A stretch of DNA of 64,000 nt from Myxococcota bacterium (GTDB lineage Bacteria; Myxococcota_A; SURF-8), in assembly GCA_965140415.1 (NCBI GenBank), contig OZ223209.1, positions 256,001 through 320,000 on the forward strand, given 5' to 3'. The notes under the pieces were generated by a model that was given only the letters and a program-made list of their open reading frames with translations, was not told the origin of the DNA and did no database searches. Made by a program: the position numbers and the translations under genes. Shown one piece after another: positions 20,009 through 28,866 of this stretch (positions are counted from its first letter, which is position 1; each line of letters starts with the position of its first letter).

Positions 20009-20074
20009 GTAGCGGTGGAGCGTAAGCCCACCGTTTTCAAGGCGTTTTTCGACGGGCTTACGCCTCGCCGCTAC
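20009..20074. repeat. GTAG-type REP doublet (inverted pair)
   Basis: GTAGCGGTGGAGCGTAAGCCCACCG and, on the minus strand, GTAGCGGCGAGGCGTAAGCCCGTCG, between convergent genes. Confidence 0.75.
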
Positions 20075-20170
20075 AAGAAGACATCGCTAATATTCAATAA
20101 GAACTCCTTTCCGTTGGAGCATGGCGGGAGCCATGATCCATCGGATGAAATCCCGATTCATCGCATGGTG

Positions 20171-22684
20171 CTAGTCGTCCAGTTCGTAGATAAGCTGGTA
20201 ATTGTTCTCCGCGCCGGAATAGCCGGTTACCTGTAAGTAATACGTGGCGCTATTGGGCGCGAGGAAAATAATGGCTTCGTTGTTGCTGGTGCTGGTACTG
20301 CGCGCCACGACATCGCCGTAGCCGTCGCGCAGGTACAGATCCAGATCGCCCTGGCTGTGCTGGAAAATCAAGCTGATCAATGCCGTGCGCCCCGCTTCGG
20401 GAGCCAGGGCGTACCAGTCTTCATTCCCCTTGCAGATATTCAAACCGGGGATGTCCACCGGCGGTTGCAGAATCGTCGAACTGTAAATGTCGTCGTTGGG
20501 TTCGAAATCATCTTCCGGGCAGATGTTAACATCCAAACTGTAGGCCGTTTCGATGGCGACCTGGGGCCGAATCCACAGCGCATAGGTGCCGTTCTGGGTG
20601 ATTTTTCGTGTCAGCTCGTAACCGTCTTCGGTCGCCGAAGCCCCGGTCATCGGAATCTGGTTGGAATCGAAGAGCATGACCTGGGCGGCAGGAACGGTCG
20701 TGGGGAAATGTACGCTGATGGTCAGAATGTCATTGGTGGCAAGGCTTAATGAGTACCAGTCTTCCTCGTTGCGGCAGAGTTGCAGCTCGTCGTATACGCC
20801 CTCTTCCGGCAATAGCGCCGCCTGTGCGAACTGGTTGTTGTCCTCGAACGCATCGTTGTTGCAGAGTTGTTCGTTCACGATCTGCACCTGCAAATCGTAG
20901 CTTAGCTCCAGTCGTCCCTTGGCGGCGTAGATCTGCGCGTAGACCGTGCGCGCGGCTTCGGCGTAATGAATCAGGCGTTCGTTATCGGAAAGCGAGTCGC
21001 CCACATCGAGCGGCTGCATGCCGCTGTCGTACAGCACCGCGTCGATGTCGCCGTTGGAATGCGTAAAGAGAACATCCAGTTGCAGCGACTGCCCCGCCTG
21101 TAGATCGAAGGCGTACCAATCGACATTGTAAGGACACAGCTTGAACTCATCCTGCGCCTGAATATCGCTTCCGTCGGCGGCATCCTGCATGCGGTCGTTG
21201 GCTTCGAAGCGGTCGTCGGAGCAGGCCTGACTCGATTCCACCGTCACTTCCAGCGAATACTGGTTTTCGTCGTCACTGGGAGAAAACACGCGAATGTAAT
21301 AGGTTCCCGCTTCCGTGGCCCAAAACTGGATCTGCTCGTTATCCGTGGTGCTGTAGCTGGTCAGATACACCGAGCCGGTGGATTTATACAGGTATAGATC
21401 CAAATTGCCCTGCAAATGCACGAAACTCAGATCCAGCGTTACGAAATCCTGCTGTTCCAGGCTGATGACGTAATAGTCGTCGTTTTCCGGGCAGACGGTC
21501 AAATCGTCGTAGCGCACGGCGCTGATGACCTGGGCGCTTTCCAGACTGTCGTTGGGTTCCAGGCGATCATCATCGCAGGTGGGAATTTCGATCAGATCCT
21601 TATCCGGGTCCACTTCCTCCAACTCGATCTGGTCCTGTTCCATGATGTCGCCATCGACCAGCACGTCGATCTGCACGGATAGGTGATAATCCACGCTGCC
21701 GCCACCGGCGGCATAAACGAACAAATAATATTCGCCATGACCGGAAAACTCGACCTGTTCGTAGTCGTGGGAACTGCTGGAACTGATCACCTCGTAGTCG
21801 TCCTGATCGTTGAGAAGGAAGAGGTTCAAGTTGGCCTGATCGTTATCGAATTCAATACGCGCCGTCAAGGAGCCGCCTGCCGGCAGGCTTACGGCGAACC
21901 AGTCCAGATCCGAGGGGCAGATCGACAGATCCAGTTCGTCGTCGGCATACACCATCCGGGATTCTCCCCGGCTTTCATTGGGTTCGTAGGTATCGTTCAG
22001 ACAGGCCGGATCGTCCGCTTCCCAGTCCAGGTCGCCGTCGATTACATGCTCTTCGATTTCAAAGAAATCCCCGTCGCTTTCATCCAATTCGAGATCGTCA
22101 TCGCTTTCAAAGGTTTCCGGTTCCAGATCGCCATCGGAAGCGGGAATGCAACGCGCATGACCGTTCCGGTCGATATCTTCACAACCGAGTTCGCAGTTTT
22201 GCTGCACCTGGCAATTGCAACCGTTGTCGGGCAGGCAGGCCGGAGGCGCAGGCGGGCGCGGCTCACAAAATAATAACGTACTGCCGCCGCAACGTGTACC
22301 GGATTGTCCCGGTTCGCCGTTCTGGAAACAGACGGCTGCGGGTGGTGTATCGCAATCCATATCCAGATCGCCGTCAACCGGATTTTCCGGTTCCGGGTCG
22401 CTGTCGGGTTCCAGATCGCCATCGATCAAATCCAAATCGGCGTCTTCTTCGCTTTGTTCGGTCACATCGCCATCGGGTGTTTCCGCCGCATCCGGTTCGG
22501 CATCGAGATCGCCGTCAACCACATCGATTTCCGTATCGCCATCAACCGGTTGTGGAGTTTCGGTGCGGTCCCCATCGGGGGAGGTGTCGCCGTCCGTTTC
22601 GTCGCTGCCGCCGGAGCAGCCGGAAAATGACAAGAGAAACAAGGAGATGATTATCACAACCTGAAACGCTCGAACGTGCTTCAT
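20171..22684 (-). CDS. Lipoprotein with DGD-rich linker and multiple pre-peptidase C-terminal (PPC) domains
   Basis: Start MKHVRAF; lipobox SFSGC; five repeats of C.DD.(F/Y)E.N...L.(I/V/L)C....DWY...F....GDLDLYL. Confidence 0.85.
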   Translation of the reverse strand: MKHVRAFQVVIIISLFLLSFSGCSGGSDETDGDTSPDGDRTETPQPVDGDTEIDVVDGDLDAEPDAAETPDGDVTEQSEEDADLDLIDGDLEPDSDPEPENPVDGDLDMDCDTPPAAVCFQNGEPGQSGTRCGGSTLLFCEPRPPAPPACLPDNGCNCQVQQNCELGCEDIDRNGHARCIPASDGDLEPETFESDDDLELDESDGDFFEIEEHVIDGDLDWEADDPACLNDTYEPNESRGESRMVYADDELDLSICPSDLDWFAVSLPAGGSLTARIEFDNDQANLNLFLLNDQDDYEVISSSSSHDYEQVEFSGHGEYYLFVYAAGGGSVDYHLSVQIDVLVDGDIMEQDQIELEEVDPDKDLIEIPTCDDDRLEPNDSLESAQVISAVRYDDLTVCPENDDYYVISLEQQDFVTLDLSFVHLQGNLDLYLYKSTGSVYLTSYSTTDNEQIQFWATEAGTYYIRVFSPSDDENQYSLEVTVESSQACSDDRFEANDRMQDAADGSDIQAQDEFKLCPYNVDWYAFDLQAGQSLQLDVLFTHSNGDIDAVLYDSGMQPLDVGDSLSDNERLIHYAEAARTVYAQIYAAKGRLELSYDLQVQIVNEQLCNNDAFEDNNQFAQAALLPEEGVYDELQLCRNEEDWYSLSLATNDILTISVHFPTTVPAAQVMLFDSNQIPMTGASATEDGYELTRKITQNGTYALWIRPQVAIETAYSLDVNICPEDDFEPNDDIYSSTILQPPVDIPGLNICKGNEDWYALAPEAGRTALISLIFQHSQGDLDLYLRDGYGDVVARSTSTSNNEAIIFLAPNSATYYLQVTGYSGAENNYQLIYELDD

Positions 22685-22896
22685 AATACCTGCCCTAATG
22701 CTGCTGCCACCGATCGTCCTGTGCAAATCACAACCAATCTGGTGGCCAAAGTAGATCTTGTAATTATACCGCAAGTCGCTTCGCAACGTGAAGGTAAAAG
22801 AGGGGGGTCAGGGTGTTTCAATTCTGGATCGAGTAGGATGGGCATTTGCCATGTCCATCACATGGGAAAGAATATGCAGATGGGACGTGTGGCATG

Positions 22897-23009
22897 GGCC
22901 AAGCGGAGAGAAACGGAGCTTGCCCATGTGGCTCTTGATGACCACGGGCAAGCCTGCGGCTTAGCCCGCGCCACCCTGAAATCAGACAAGTTTGTAATGT
23001 TTTGTGATG
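22897..23009 (+). repeat. 113-bp palindromic dispersed repeat, copy A
   Basis: Matches the reverse complement of 44116-44228 with about 11 mismatches by eye; contains two hairpin units. Confidence 0.9.
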
Positions 23010-23319
23010 TAATTCGGATATGGATAAACTCCAACTCCGCGGCCAAGATCCGCACACACGACATGACAGCATCTGCCAATCTCCCCCATTCGCTTGAAAA
23101 TGCAATCGAATTTGCCTTCTTTCAATCATTCTGCTAGGATCGGTTCACTTCACGTGATGTGCCTGGATTCGCTACCGCGACGCCGCACGGCGCGACCATC
23201 CGAGCCCCCCAATAACGGGCCTGGTTGTCTTTCCGTTCGAGTCTAAAAACATCACAAATTCCGGATTGGATGTACGTGTTCAAGCGATTCGTGCTTGAAG
23301 TCTGATGGAGTGCTAGAAG

Positions 23320-25674
23320 ATGAAACAGCATCGCAGCAGGAAACAAATCGCCGACTTCGCGGAATTTCTTCTCCGCTGGCGAATTCCGATCATTCTGTTG
23401 ATTGTAATTATCGCCGGTGCCAGTGCGTACTATTTCAACAAGATACCGCGCGACCCGTCGGTCGAGGCGATGGTGCTTGAAGACGATCCGGATTTGCAGG
23501 CCTACAACAAATTCAAGGAAATCTTCGGCAACGATGAGTTTGTTTTATTGGCAACGAAGGTGCGCAACATTTTCGCCGAATCCGTGATGCGCGATGTGGA
23601 GGCGCTGCGGGAAAAAATCGAAACGGTTGAATACATCAAGGATGTCACGACCTACACCAATATCCGCACCGTGCATGGACAAGACGACTCCATCGTTGTC
23701 GAGGAGATGATCCCCGCGTTTCCGAAAAACGCCGAAGAATCCAAGGCCTTGCGTGAAAGAGCCTTACTGGAAACGGATTATATCGGCAACCTGTATTCAC
23801 AAGACGGCACCACACTTGCGATTCTGGCACGACTGGTACCTTTAAAAGGCGAGGAAGATTCCACCGAGACACGCTCGGCCATCACCTCCGGCATTCGCAA
23901 ACTCTGCCAGACGGAGCCCTTTAATCGCTACGACTGGAAAGTCGGAGGAACGCCGGTACTGAAAACCGATCTGGCCGAGACGCAACGCAAGGAAAGCACC
24001 AAGTTCCAGTTGATCATCTTCGCCATGCTTTCGGTGTTGTTGTTCGTGATTTTCCGCACCCTGGGAGGGGTGTTCGTGACGCTGGGAGCGGTGCAGGCGG
24101 GCGTCTTCATGCTGATGGCGGGTCATTATTTCTCCGGCATTCCGCTGACCATGGTTTCCACGATCCTGACACCATTGATGCTGATTTACGGCGTGTCCAG
24201 TTCGGTACATATTCAAACCCATTACGCCCTGCGCACCGCCGGAAATCTTACCAAACGGCAGGCTTTAATAGGTGCCGTGGCCGCCACGCTGATTCCCTGT
24301 TTCTTCAATTCCACCACCACTGCGGTGGGATTCGGCTCCAATCTCGTTTCGGCCATCAAACCGATTCGAGAATTCGGTATGTTCGCCAGTAGCGGCATCA
24401 TCTTGAGCCTGATTCTCTCTTTCCTGCTGGTTCCGACGCTGCTCTCTTTTCTTCCGGCACCCGGTAAAGCCACCCACAAGGCCCACGAATCCGGCCTGCG
24501 TGTATATGCCCTGGAATTCATTATCAAGCTCACCCAGCGTTACCGCTGGCTCATGATCGGTTCAGCATTGGTATTGCTTGCAATCAGCATTTACGGCATG
24601 AGCCTGATTCGCGTGGAAACCAAGTTGCTGGACTATTTCCGGCCCGAGTCGCCCATTCGTTCCTCCTACACATTCATCGATGAAAACCTTTCGGGGATCT
24701 CCTCGATGGAAATCATGATCGACACTAAAACACGCGGCGGTATGAAAGATCCCGAAGTAATCGCCAAGGTCGATGAACTGACTACCTACCTGCAACAGGA
24801 AGAAAAAGACACCACCAGCGTATTGAGCCTGGGCAATTTCTACAAGCGCATCAACATGGCCCTGCACGGCGACGATCCGGCCTGGCGCAAGGTGCCCACC
24901 ACGCGGCAGGAAGCCGCACAGTTTCTGCTGCTTTACAGCATGAGCGCCCCGGAAGGGGATCTGTTCGATTTCGTCTCGTCCGACTATCGCTACGGGCGCA
25001 TTTCCACACGCATTCGAACGCTCAGTTCGGCGCAACTGCAAGTGTTGGTGGAACGCATCAAAACCAAGACCCACGAGATTTTCGCCCCGATCGAACACAA
25101 AGGGGTGGCGGTCAATGTGACCGGTTCGGTCGTGCTGTACGCCAACATGAACAGTTCGCTGGTGATGGGTCAGTTTAAATCCTTTTCGCTTTCGCTGCTG
25201 TTGATTTCCATCATGATGATTCTGGTTGCGGGTGAAATCGGATTGGGGATCGTATCACTGTTACCGAATCTCATGCCGATTGCGTTGACGATGGGATTTA
25301 TGGGCTTCGCCGGCTATGCGCTGGATTCGACAACCGCCATGGTTGCCCCGATTGCCTTGGGAATGGCGGTGGACAGTACGATTCACTTTATGGTCCGTTT
25401 CCGCACCGAATATCTGGAGTCCGGCGACTATGAACTTGCCGCAGCACAGACGGTACGCATCATCGGGCGTGCCATGATCGGCACTTCGATTCCGTTGGCC
25501 TTCGGGTTCCTGGTGCTGGTCACATCCGAATTCATGCCGGTGATGGTCTTCGGGCTGCTGTCCGGCATCGTTGTCTTCTTGGCCATGATCTTCGATCTGA
25601 TCCTGACACCGATCTGCATGGCACTGTATAAGCCATCCTACCGCAAGCGGGGGCTGATCGACCTGTTCGAATAG
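23320..25674 (+). CDS. MMPL/RND family transporter
   Basis: 784 aa, two-fold RND topology; FGNDE, TTAVGFGS, NVTGS, ALGMAVDSTIHF motifs. Confidence 0.9.
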   Translation: MKQHRSRKQIADFAEFLLRWRIPIILLIVIIAGASAYYFNKIPRDPSVEAMVLEDDPDLQAYNKFKEIFGNDEFVLLATKVRNIFAESVMRDVEALREKIETVEYIKDVTTYTNIRTVHGQDDSIVVEEMIPAFPKNAEESKALRERALLETDYIGNLYSQDGTTLAILARLVPLKGEEDSTETRSAITSGIRKLCQTEPFNRYDWKVGGTPVLKTDLAETQRKESTKFQLIIFAMLSVLLFVIFRTLGGVFVTLGAVQAGVFMLMAGHYFSGIPLTMVSTILTPLMLIYGVSSSVHIQTHYALRTAGNLTKRQALIGAVAATLIPCFFNSTTTAVGFGSNLVSAIKPIREFGMFASSGIILSLILSFLLVPTLLSFLPAPGKATHKAHESGLRVYALEFIIKLTQRYRWLMIGSALVLLAISIYGMSLIRVETKLLDYFRPESPIRSSYTFIDENLSGISSMEIMIDTKTRGGMKDPEVIAKVDELTTYLQQEEKDTTSVLSLGNFYKRINMALHGDDPAWRKVPTTRQEAAQFLLLYSMSAPEGDLFDFVSSDYRYGRISTRIRTLSSAQLQVLVERIKTKTHEIFAPIEHKGVAVNVTGSVVLYANMNSSLVMGQFKSFSLSLLLISIMMILVAGEIGLGIVSLLPNLMPIALTMGFMGFAGYALDSTTAMVAPIALGMAVDSTIHFMVRFRTEYLESGDYELAAAQTVRIIGRAMIGTSIPLAFGFLVLVTSEFMPVMVFGLLSGIVVFLAMIFDLILTPICMALYKPSYRKRGLIDLFE

Positions 25675-25811
25675 CGAAGATTCTGCGATTGCCGCCTGTG
25701 AAAAGTTGGCGTTGCGTTGCTTTTCTGCTATGACTGAATGGTGGTTGTGGTTTTCTTGATTGCTTAGCAGGCAAAGGGAACACATCGGTACTTTTCACTA
25801 GGAACGGCTCC

Positions 25812-27548
25812 ATGGCAAGCAAGGCCTTAATTCTGATTATCGACGACGAGCGCCCTATCCGCGTGACGTTTCAGCTCTTTCTGGAAAACGAAGGATACGA
25901 GGTCGTTACCGCCGCCGACTACGAACAGGCCAATCTGGTGCTTGGCGAAGTGACTCCCGATGCCATTATTACGGATATCGTTCTGGGTAATAAAAGCGGA
26001 GTGGATTTGCTGCGCGATGTCAAACTGGCGGGTATCGAATCCCCGGTGGTGCTGATTACCGGCGAACCCAACCTGCATACCGCCATCGACGGACTGAGAC
26101 TGGGAGCTTTCGATTACCTGACCAAACCGGTCGATAAACAGAAACTGGTCGAAGTCACCTTCCGGGCGCTGCGCTATCAGCAATTGCTCAAGGAGCGCAA
26201 GCAGCTTTCCGAAGAGCGCGAATCCATGCGCAAGCGTATGCAGGCGGTTTTCGACAGTGTCGGAGAAGGTTTGCTGCTGCTGGATGAAGAACTGCGCGTG
26301 CGTGAAATCAATCGCGCCGGTCTTAAATTGTTGCGCATTTCCCGCGAAGAAACCCTGGGGCGTAGGCTGAGCGTTCTGTTCCCCAGAATTTACGAACAGA
26401 TACAGACCGATATTCCAACGGTGCTGCAACGACGTCACGCCTTTGTCGAAGCCACGGTCACCGATCCCTGCCAGCGGGGAGGGGAAGACGTCGTGTACGT
26501 GCGTTTGTCGCCGACTCAGCAAGACGGCGCACATGGCGATAAAGCGGTGGTGGTGATTCGCGATATCACCAGGCTGCGTCACCTGGAACAGCATGTGGTC
26601 GAACGGACGCAGTTCCATCATCTTATTGGTCGCAGCAAACCGATGCAGGAAGTGTATCAACTGCTCGAAGCCTTGAAAGACACCGACACCACGGTTCTGA
26701 TTCAAGGTGAAAGCGGCACGGGAAAGGAACTGGTGGCCGCCGCGCTGCACTATCAGGGTCCGCGCTCTACCGGACCGTTTATTCCTGTCAACTGTACCGC
26801 CTTGAACGAGCAATTGTTGGAGAGCGAGCTTTTCGGTCACGTCAAGGGCGCCTTCACCGGGGCGATTGCCAGTAAAATGGGGCGCTTCGAAGCGGCTGAA
26901 AACGGTACGATTTTCCTGGATGAAATCGGCGATATTTCACCGAAACTGCAAACCAAGCTTTTACGAGCCTTGCAGGAACGCACCATCGAGCGAGTCGGTG
27001 AGAATCGCCCTCGAAAGGTGAACGTGCGGGTAATCGCCGCAACCAACTCGGATATGGACGCCAAGGTTCGCGACGGTCTGTTCCGGGAAGATCTCTTTTA
27101 CCGGCTCAATGTCGTGCGCATCATGATGCCGGCATTACGCGAGAAAAAAGAAGACATTCCGTTACTGATCGAAAACTTCCGCCAAAAACAGCTTGCCCGC
27201 ATGAAAAAACCCATCGAAGGCTTTACCGATGAAGCCATGCAGAGCATGATTCTGCATCAATGGCCGGGCAACGTGCGCGAATTGGAAAATGCAGTCGAGC
27301 ACGCGTTTATCATGAGCAACGGTCCCCTGATCGACATCATGCATCTGCCGAAATCCGTAATCAACCGACCCGCCGGAAAAACCTCCGGGATCTCCACGTT
27401 GCGGGATTTGTCCGAGCAGGAAGAGTTACGCCAGGCGCTGATTTCGGCTGGTGGCAATCGTGCCAAAGCGGCGCGCCTGCTGGGCATCAACCGTACCACA
27501 TTGTATCGGCGCATGCAGCGCTGGGGAATGTCCGACAGCTCGCAATAG
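25812..27548 (+). CDS. Sigma-54-dependent response regulator (REC-PAS-AAA+-Fis HTH)
   Basis: Receiver (IIDDE, ITDIV, TKP), PAS, GESGTGKE, GAFTGA, FLDEIGD, WPGNVRELEN, NRAKAARLLGINRTTLYRRM. Confidence 0.96.
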   Translation: MASKALILIIDDERPIRVTFQLFLENEGYEVVTAADYEQANLVLGEVTPDAIITDIVLGNKSGVDLLRDVKLAGIESPVVLITGEPNLHTAIDGLRLGAFDYLTKPVDKQKLVEVTFRALRYQQLLKERKQLSEERESMRKRMQAVFDSVGEGLLLLDEELRVREINRAGLKLLRISREETLGRRLSVLFPRIYEQIQTDIPTVLQRRHAFVEATVTDPCQRGGEDVVYVRLSPTQQDGAHGDKAVVVIRDITRLRHLEQHVVERTQFHHLIGRSKPMQEVYQLLEALKDTDTTVLIQGESGTGKELVAAALHYQGPRSTGPFIPVNCTALNEQLLESELFGHVKGAFTGAIASKMGRFEAAENGTIFLDEIGDISPKLQTKLLRALQERTIERVGENRPRKVNVRVIAATNSDMDAKVRDGLFREDLFYRLNVVRIMMPALREKKEDIPLLIENFRQKQLARMKKPIEGFTDEAMQSMILHQWPGNVRELENAVEHAFIMSNGPLIDIMHLPKSVINRPAGKTSGISTLRDLSEQEELRQALISAGGNRAKAARLLGINRTTLYRRMQRWGMSDSSQ

Positions 27549-27550
27549 CC

Positions 27551-27621
27551 GCAACACTTCTGTTGCACTGCAACAAGATTTGCGCACCACTACTGTTGCG
27601 CCAAATTTTTACTCCGCAACA
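27551..27621. promoter_or_regulatory. Putative upstream activator sequences for the adjacent sigma-54 activator
   Basis: Perfect palindrome TGTTGCA-C-TGCAACA (27561-27575) plus further GCAACA/TGTTGC half-sites at 27551, 27594 and 27616. Confidence 0.6.
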
Positions 27622-27690
27622 CTTTTCAACACTTGCTTCCTAACTAGCCGGTATAACAAAGGAATTAAAAACGTCATTTTCTGTTCATTG

Positions 27691-27707
27691 TTGGCATGAA
27701 CATTGCA
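27691..27707 (+). promoter_or_regulatory. Sigma-54 (-24/-12) promoter
   Basis: TTGGCATGAACATTGCA: GG at 27693-4 and GC at 27705-6 with exact N10 spacing, about 120 nt downstream of the UAS-like palindrome. Confidence 0.8.
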
Positions 27708-27716
27708 GAAAGTAAG

Positions 27717-28205
27717 TGCCGTTCCGATTGGCAATCTCTCTATCTTTTTGTAATATGCTCACGATTTATTTTCGGGCCGTTTCTTACTGTGGGCTTTTAC
27801 AGAGAAATTGGTAAGCGGGCAAGTTGAGATGTTTTCTGCTCTTTGCACCAGAATAATCGAGAAAAACACTCACGCACTGCTTAAAAATAGATAAGACTTT
27901 ACGGTGTGTGTGTCACATAGCTTGAAATCCCGGAGGGACGCACGCCTCTGGATCAGTCGCCCTGGGCCCTCGACCCGTTTCCAATCCAATCCGATTCCCG
28001 AATTCCCAGGGAGGCGACCCTTCCATTATTTTTTTCTGTGCGAATCTTCATTTTTCTCCCCCCTTGTAGGAGCCTCTTCCGCGCCACACCGGAAGAGGTT
28101 TCCCTTTTTATGCCCCCATTTTCTCTGTAAGACGAGTCGGTAAGAAAAATATTCACAATAATGTGAGTGATTCACAAAAAAAGTGGCTTGCTCTTTGGGA
28201 TGGCG
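27717..28205 (+). ncRNA. Candidate large structured non-coding RNA (about 490 nt), family not recognised
   Basis: Starts at the expected sigma-54 TSS; nested 5'/3' long-range helices and five internal hairpins with + strand G-U wobbles; no credible ORF. Confidence 0.6.
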
Positions 28206-28222
28206 GTCGTTAAACGGGTTAT

Positions 28223-28385
28223 TAGAGGAGATATCATTCGTTTCTGCCCATCGAGTACTCGGGATGTGGCATGGTCAGACCGTGTGTAACCTATTGAAGA
28301 CACACAGCCTTCCACGATCTTCGATCGCGTAAGGCTATGGCACAAACTCATAAAATCAACGGCTAAAATTGATTAAGAGTTACTA
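28223..28385 (-). repeat. Dispersed TAG...CTCTA-bounded structured repeat, copy 2 of 3 (internal 21-nt deletion)
   Basis: The reverse complement aligns with 4123-4308 but lacks the CGGAA..TTCCG hairpin. Confidence 0.85.
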
Positions 28386-28430
28386 TAGACCGCGCCACCC
28401 CGAAATCAGTTAGCTTTGTAAAAATCGAGC

Positions 28431-28844
28431 TTAGCTCAACCCTTGACCGGTAGTGGTGGGAATGAATTTGCCGTATTTCACGCCACGCACGCTCACCAAG
28501 GCTTCGCCGAGTTTCTGAATGTCGCGGGTTTTTCCCTTTAAAATCAGAATTTCCAGGCAGTTGTCGTGATCGACATGTACGTGTAAGGTGCTGACGATAT
28601 TGGCGAAATGATCGTGCTGGACATCGGCCAGGCGCTGGCTTAAATCCAAGGTGTGGTGATCGTAGACCATCATCACTACGCCCATGCTGCGACTGGCCGC
28701 CGATTGCCACTGTTTCTGCACCAGTTTTTCACGGATCAAATCGCGTACCGCTTCGGAACGGTTGGTGTAACCCCGTTCGGAGATCAATTCATCGAACTGC
28801 TCTAAAAGATCATCTTCCAAAGAAATTCCGATTCGTTGTAACAC
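28431..28844 (-). CDS. nikR: Nickel-responsive transcriptional regulator NikR
   Basis: Ribbon-helix-helix RIGISL...GYTNRSEAVRDLIR; Ni ligands in QHDH...STLHVHVDHDNCLE; GTG start. Confidence 0.95.
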   Translation of the reverse strand: MLQRIGISLEDDLLEQFDELISERGYTNRSEAVRDLIREKLVQKQWQSAASRSMGVVMMVYDHHTLDLSQRLADVQHDHFANIVSTLHVHVDHDNCLEILILKGKTRDIQKLGEALVSVRGVKYGKFIPTTTGQGLS

Positions 28845-28866
28845 GTCGTTTCCTTTCTAGGGAAAG

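Noticed and set aside
25706-25721. TTGGCGTTGCGTTGCT as a sigma-54 promoter for the activator gene
   Set aside because: The GG-to-GC spacing is 9 nt, not the required 10.
27960-28030. GGA repeats on the minus strand as a CsrB-like RNA
   Set aside because: The promoter orientation and the G-U wobble pattern both favour the + strand.
27904-28156. Short ORFs 27904-28143 (+) and 27953-28156 (-)
   Set aside because: No clear RBS or recognisable motif, and low-complexity composition; the region is better explained by RNA structure. Small-peptide coding cannot be fully excluded.
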